Positions 59,116 to 64,000 of a stretch of DNA of 64,000 bases are shown here, piece by piece. The position numbers and the translations under genes were made by a program. Below the pieces are notes generated by a model, which did no database searches, was not told the origin of the DNA, and saw nothing but the letters and a program-made list of their open reading frames with translations. Each line of letters begins with the position of its first letter. Positions within the stretch are counted from its first letter, which is position 1. Source of the DNA: an uncultured archaeon (GTDB lineage: Archaea; Iainarchaeota; Iainarchaeia; Iainarchaeales; 1-14-0-10-31-34). Where the stretch lies: assembly GCA_964442255.1 (NCBI GenBank), contig CAYTYC010000003.1, forward strand, positions 7,423 to 71,422, written 5' to 3'.

Positions 59116-61746
59116 TTATCTGTTTTTTATTGCGGCCTGCGCAGCGGCAAGCCTTGCAATAGGAACCCTGTAAGGGGAGCAGGAAACATAGTTTAATCCA
59201 AGCGAATGGCAGAATTCGATAGAAGAAGGCTCCCCCCCGTGCTCCCCGCAAATCCCTGTCTTAAGGTTTTTCCGTGTTTTCCTGCCTTTTTCAATCGAGA
59301 TTTTTATCAGTTCCCCGACGCCTTTTGCGTCAAGCGCCTGGAAAGGGTCCCTTTCAAGTATCCCCTTTTCCATGTAAGCCGGAATGAATGCGCCAGAGTC
59401 GTCGCGCGAGAAGCCGAAGGTTGTCTGTGTCAAGTCGTTTGTTCCGAATGAAAAGAATTCCGCAAACTCCGCGATTTCATCCGCGGTCAAACATGCCCTC
59501 GGAAGCTCCATCATCACCCCCGTGGTGTATTGGACTTTTTCGCCAAGTTTTTTCATGGTTTCCCCTGCTTTCTTGTCAATGATTTTTTTCATTGCCTCCA
59601 TTTCCTTTGCGTGCGCCAAAACAGGCACCATTATTTCCGGCACAGCCTTTTTTCCTTTTAAGTTGGATTCAATTGCCGCGGTTATTATTGCCTCAACCTG
59701 CATTTCCGAAATCTCGGGGTAAATTATTCCGAGCCTGCAGCCCCTGAAGCCGAGCATTGGGTTGAATTCATGCAAAGAATTTATTTTGTTTCTGATTTCC
59801 TCTTCACTTGCACTTGTGCTTTCCGCCAGCTCCCTTATTTCTTTTTCCCCTTCCGGAAGAAACTCATGCAAAGGAGGGTCAAGCAGCCGAATTGTTACAG
59901 GCAGGCCGTTCATTGCCTCAAAAATTCCTTCAAAGTCTTTTTTTTGGAAGGGAAGGAGTTTTGCGAGCGCTTTTTTTCTTCCCTCTGCGTCTCGTGCAAG
60001 AATCATTTCCCTCATTGCCTTAATCCGTTCCTCGCCGAAAAACATGTGCTCAGTCCTGCACAGGCCAATTCCTTCCGCGCCGAATTCCCTTGCAATTTTT
60101 GCGTCTTTTGGCGTGTCCGCATTTGTCCTTACCTTCAGTTTTCTGAATGAATCAGCCCATCCCATTAATTCTTTGAATTCTCCGCCCGGTTTTGGGTCAG
60201 TGAGCTTTAACTGCCCCTTAAAAACCTCCCCGGTTGAGCCGTCAAGGGAAACCCAGTCCCCTTCTTTCACTTCTTTTCCTTTTGCGAGAAACTTTTTTTC
60301 TTTTTCCTTTACATTTATTTCTCCGCACCCCGCCACACAGCATTTTCCCATTCCTCTTGCGACAACCGCTGCATGGGAAGTCATTCCGCCGCGCGCGGTG
60401 AGAATTCCCTGTGCGGAGTTCATTCCCTCAATGTCTTCAGGCGAGGTTTCAGTCCGGACAAGGACGGCTTTTTCTCCTGCTTCAGCCATTTCCTTTGCTT
60501 TTTCCGCTGTGAAGGCCGATTTTCCGACTGCCGCTCCCGGGGAAGCGGGAAGGCCTTTTGCAAGAATGGAAGCCTTTTTTTTCTCCTCCGGGTCAAGCTG
60601 CTTGTGGAGGAGCTGGTCAAGCTGCTCCGGCTTAATGCGCAGCACCGCAGTTCTCTTGTCAATCAATTTTTCTTTCACCAAATCAACCGCTATTTTAACC
60701 GCGGCCTGCGCGGTGCGCTTTCCTTTCCTGGACTGAAGGAGGAATAGTTTGCCTTTTTCAACCGTGAATTCAAAGTCCTGCATGTCCCTGTAATGGGAGT
60801 CCAATTTTTTGTAAACCTTCACCAATTCTTTGTATGCTTCAGGCAGGTCTTTTTTCATTTCGTCAATGTGCTTTGGCGTTCTGATGCCTGCAACAACATC
60901 CTCCCCCTGCGCGTTCAGTAAGTATTCCCCGTAATGCTCTTTTTTTCCTGTTGCAGGGTTTCTTGTAAAGCCCACCCCTGTTCCTGAATCCGCACCCATG
61001 TTGCCGAAAACCATTGCCTGCACGTTTACGGCTGTCCCGGCGTCATTCCTTAAATTGTTTATCCGCCTGTAGGAGACGGCGCGGGGATTGTTCCAGGAGC
61101 CGAAAACCGCATTAATTGAAAGCTTAAGTTGTTCTCCCGGCTCCTGCGGGAAAGGTTTTCCGGCTTTTTCCTTGTAAAGCGCCAGGTATTTTTCACCAAC
61201 TTCCTTTAAATCTTCAGCTTCAAGCCCTGTGTCGTCTTTAACGCCTTTTTTTTCTTTGGCGGAGCCCAGTATTGCCTCAAATTCTTCATGTGAAACGCCC
61301 ATTACAACGTTGCCAAACATTTGAATCAGGCGCCTGTAGGAGTCCCACGCGGCCCTTTCCCCAATTTTTTTTGCCAATCCTTTCACTGTTTTTTCATTCA
61401 AGCCAAGGTTCAGCACTGTGTCCATCATCCCGGGCATTGAAACATAGCTTCCCGACCTGACTGAAACAAGCAGGGGGTTTTCCGGATTGCCGAATTTTTT
61501 GCCGGTTTTTTCCTCAACTTCCGCAAGTTTCTCTTTTACCTGCTTTTCCAGCCCTTCAGGCCATTTTTTGCCCAATCTGTTGAATTCGTTGCATGCTTCA
61601 GTTGTGATGGTGAAGCCTGGCGGCACTGGCAGGCCGATGGAAGTCATTTCCGCGAGCTGGGCGCCCTTATTGCCCAAAAGGAAGATTTTTTCCTTTGTGT
61701 TCGCGCCCTTCACTTCATTGAACAAGTAGGCCCATTTTTTCCCCAA
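59116..61746 (-). CDS. ppdK: pyruvate phosphate dikinase
   Basis: SMPGMMDT, GGMTSHAAVVARG, GLCRTEHMF, FGTNDLTQ and GICGEHGG motifs. Confidence 0.97.
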   Translation of the reverse strand: MGKKWAYLFNEVKGANTKEKIFLLGNKGAQLAEMTSIGLPVPPGFTITTEACNEFNRLGKKWPEGLEKQVKEKLAEVEEKTGKKFGNPENPLLVSVRSGSYVSMPGMMDTVLNLGLNEKTVKGLAKKIGERAAWDSYRRLIQMFGNVVMGVSHEEFEAILGSAKEKKGVKDDTGLEAEDLKEVGEKYLALYKEKAGKPFPQEPGEQLKLSINAVFGSWNNPRAVSYRRINNLRNDAGTAVNVQAMVFGNMGADSGTGVGFTRNPATGKKEHYGEYLLNAQGEDVVAGIRTPKHIDEMKKDLPEAYKELVKVYKKLDSHYRDMQDFEFTVEKGKLFLLQSRKGKRTAQAAVKIAVDLVKEKLIDKRTAVLRIKPEQLDQLLHKQLDPEEKKKASILAKGLPASPGAAVGKSAFTAEKAKEMAEAGEKAVLVRTETSPEDIEGMNSAQGILTARGGMTSHAAVVARGMGKCCVAGCGEINVKEKEKKFLAKGKEVKEGDWVSLDGSTGEVFKGQLKLTDPKPGGEFKELMGWADSFRKLKVRTNADTPKDAKIAREFGAEGIGLCRTEHMFFGEERIKAMREMILARDAEGRKKALAKLLPFQKKDFEGIFEAMNGLPVTIRLLDPPLHEFLPEGEKEIRELAESTSASEEEIRNKINSLHEFNPMLGFRGCRLGIIYPEISEMQVEAIITAAIESNLKGKKAVPEIMVPVLAHAKEMEAMKKIIDKKAGETMKKLGEKVQYTTGVMMELPRACLTADEIAEFAEFFSFGTNDLTQTTFGFSRDDSGAFIPAYMEKGILERDPFQALDAKGVGELIKISIEKGRKTRKNLKTGICGEHGGEPSSIEFCHSLGLNYVSCSPYRVPIARLAAAQAAIKNR

Positions 61747-62030
61747 AAACTCCCCTGTTTCCTATCATGTGAATTTAAGTTTAAAAATTCATCGCGGAAT
61801 TTTTGGAAAATATGGTTAAAGCATTTTTTCCCGCATAAAAGCCGGCAGGAGCTTTGACACCGGATACCTGCTTTTAACTCTGGAAAAACCCAAAAGATGG
61901 CCCCTACTTCCACACAACCCCCTGTGTTTCGGGCCCAAAAAAGCTCGATTGGTGGCGCTTCGCTTCCCGCCCCTAAAACCGGTTGCCGGAACTTTGCAGG
62001 AAATAAGCCGATAACGCGCAAATCCTGCTT

Positions 62031-63674
62031 TCAAGCCCTTTTCACAAATTTTTTTGGCTTTCCCGGTATTTTTGACAGCTTTTTTTGCTTAACCATTCTT
62101 GCAACCGAATTCCGTATGCTGTACTCTGGAAAGTCTAGCTTTGCCTTGAGTTCTTTGACGGATTTGGGGGTTTTGCAGAGGAAGAGAACGGCTTTTTCGA
62201 GTGCTTGCCTCAATACTCGGTCTTTAACTGGGATCTTTATTCCAAGCCGTTCCTCCATTATTTCAAAGTGGTCAATTACTGACAGTTCCTGCAGTTGGGC
62301 AAGGTTTTTCTCCTGCCCAACTATTTCTTTTCCAATGGTTTTCCAGTTAAGGGGCTTTTTTGAAAGGATGTTTAAAGAATCAATTATGTCGGAGTCCCTT
62401 GAAGAAACGCTTTTAAACAAAAAAATGTCTTCAACGCTTGCATTAAATACTTCCAGGTTCCCGTCAAAAAGCTTCTTGCTTCTTTTAACCATGTTTTTGC
62501 TGAAATCCAGGCAATTGCAAACGTTCTTAACGAATAAGTCAATTCTGGGAGAGCCATGCCTTTCAAGCATCATGGAAGAACCAAGTTTTGTGTATTGAAT
62601 GTCTTTTCCTTTTACAGGCGCAAACCCCATTTGCTTGAATGCTTTAACCAAAGCATGTGCGGATCTTTCATCTTCAACAACCAAATCCATGTCCTTGGTT
62701 GAATTCTTTAAACCGTATTCCATTAACGCGCTTCCGCCTATGAGAAAAACTTTCACTGTGGTTTCAAGTTTCCTGCTTGCTTCTTTCAATATCTCTTGGC
62801 TGGCTTCCAATTTAAACCGCTTTGGGATGAAAACCTTGTAAAGCCTGGCTTTTTCTTTTAATTCTGTTTTGGGCAGAAACAATTCCGGGTTCTTCACATC
62901 AAGGTTTTCAAGCCAGGAGACAATGTCCTGCCATTTTCCGATTTCGCCGAGTTTAACGGCTTCTCTTTCCACGCTTAGTGCGTCAATTTTTGCCTTGTTT
63001 TTTAAATAAAAAATAATGCAAAGCGAAACATCGTTTGCGTTTTCGGAAAACTTTAGGGCGTGAACCAAAACAGTTTCCTTGCTTAGCTCTTGGGCAGGTT
63101 GCACCACGAAATTGCTTTCGGTTTCAATCTGGACACCAAGCCCGGGAAACCTCGAAAACCCCGTAAGGCTTCCCTCAAAAGAAAGCTCTTTTGGGAGCTT
63201 CAGCAGCTTGGTTTTGGTGTTTTCCCAGAAAACCCCGTGGGTTGAGGAAGTTTTAACATCATCCAAAAAATCAGTTAATTTCCTGTTTTTGCTTGAAACA
63301 AGGTATTTGTTGCCTTTCTTGTCCAAAAACTGCCCAAGCTTGTTTACAAGCCTGTTTGCGTGGGCAAAGGAAATCCCCAACCCAAGGCACAATTCATTAA
63401 CAGTTTTTGGTTCAAGCAGCAAAACCAATGCCTTCAAGCCGTTTCCGCTGAAAACTCCTGTGTCGAAGTTGGAAAAAACAAGGTTCCTTAAAGCATTGGT
63501 TGCGGAGGAGTTAATCACTGAAATTTTACCCATCCTGTAAGTAACCATGCCTAACTCTTTTAGTCGGTTAATCAGCGCATAGCAGGAGTAAGTGGATTTG
63601 CCGCTGGCTTTGGTTAAGTCGGAAAACGACTGGCTTTGCCTTTCAAACAAAGCCAAAAGAATCTTCACATCCAT
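62031..63674 (-). CDS. HTH domains fused to an AbiEii/DUF6036-like nucleotidyltransferase
   Basis: Tandem N-terminal HTHs; IGGSAL...STKDMDLV, RIDLF and LFKSVSSRDSD motifs. Confidence 0.75.
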   Translation of the reverse strand: MDVKILLALFERQSQSFSDLTKASGKSTYSCYALINRLKELGMVTYRMGKISVINSSATNALRNLVFSNFDTGVFSGNGLKALVLLLEPKTVNELCLGLGISFAHANRLVNKLGQFLDKKGNKYLVSSKNRKLTDFLDDVKTSSTHGVFWENTKTKLLKLPKELSFEGSLTGFSRFPGLGVQIETESNFVVQPAQELSKETVLVHALKFSENANDVSLCIIFYLKNKAKIDALSVEREAVKLGEIGKWQDIVSWLENLDVKNPELFLPKTELKEKARLYKVFIPKRFKLEASQEILKEASRKLETTVKVFLIGGSALMEYGLKNSTKDMDLVVEDERSAHALVKAFKQMGFAPVKGKDIQYTKLGSSMMLERHGSPRIDLFVKNVCNCLDFSKNMVKRSKKLFDGNLEVFNASVEDIFLFKSVSSRDSDIIDSLNILSKKPLNWKTIGKEIVGQEKNLAQLQELSVIDHFEIMEERLGIKIPVKDRVLRQALEKAVLFLCKTPKSVKELKAKLDFPEYSIRNSVARMVKQKKLSKIPGKPKKFVKRA

Positions 63675-64000
63675 TTGACCACTTTATTATCATAAACCAG
63701 AAAACCTTTAAATACTTTTGCTGAAAAAAGATAATAAATTGGGTTTTCGGACCTGGTTGCGAGTTACGGCTTCATGGTTTTTGTTATTATGTGGGCAAAA
63801 TTGCCGAAGCAGTTTTCGGCTAAACAATAATAAATTGTCAGGAGGGGTCCTTTCCTCCGAACACTTCACCGCGACGGCCCAACCAGGGTTTATGTTCTTT
63901 TGACTGCGAAAAAGCCAGCAAAATAACACTAACTTATACATAACAGATTCGTGTGGCAGCCCCGGAAAAGTGCTTTTAATGGAACTCCGCTAAGCGCCCC

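Noticed and set aside
63841..63862. RNase P RNA (GAGGAAAG on the minus strand)
   Set aside because: Only a local hairpin; no matching 3' P4 strand or other conserved regions seen.

Overview
Archaeal genome fragment, probably a scaffolded MAG (three N-gaps). Archaeal markers include RadA, TFE-alpha, Trm56, class I LysRS, an archaeal SRP RNA and BHB-type tRNA introns. The gene content (long RelA/SpoT, purine/NAD/Met biosynthesis, basic orphan ORFs) suggests a DPANN lineage such as Diapherotrites/Iainarchaeota; this is inference. Main finding: carB is interrupted inside its conserved GEFDYSG motif by a 39-nt insert (13141-13179) with an in-frame stop, and the insert ends match the cut sites of a bulge-helix-bulge motif exactly. 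It is therefore a candidate mRNA intron spliced by the tRNA endonuclease. All five tRNA genes here also carry introns, three at non-canonical positions (18/19, 22/23, 30/31) and one about 260 nt long in tRNA-Asn. Other notable items: a recoded duplicate of the hppA 3' end, a repeat-spacer-repeat unit beside tRNA-Phe, clustered TATACATAA motifs around xerA, a RelA homologue with a degenerate HD motif, a decayed 963-bp IS481-like element, a frameshifted tandem Myb-like gene, a CxxC micro-ORF and a possible AUU start for purA.
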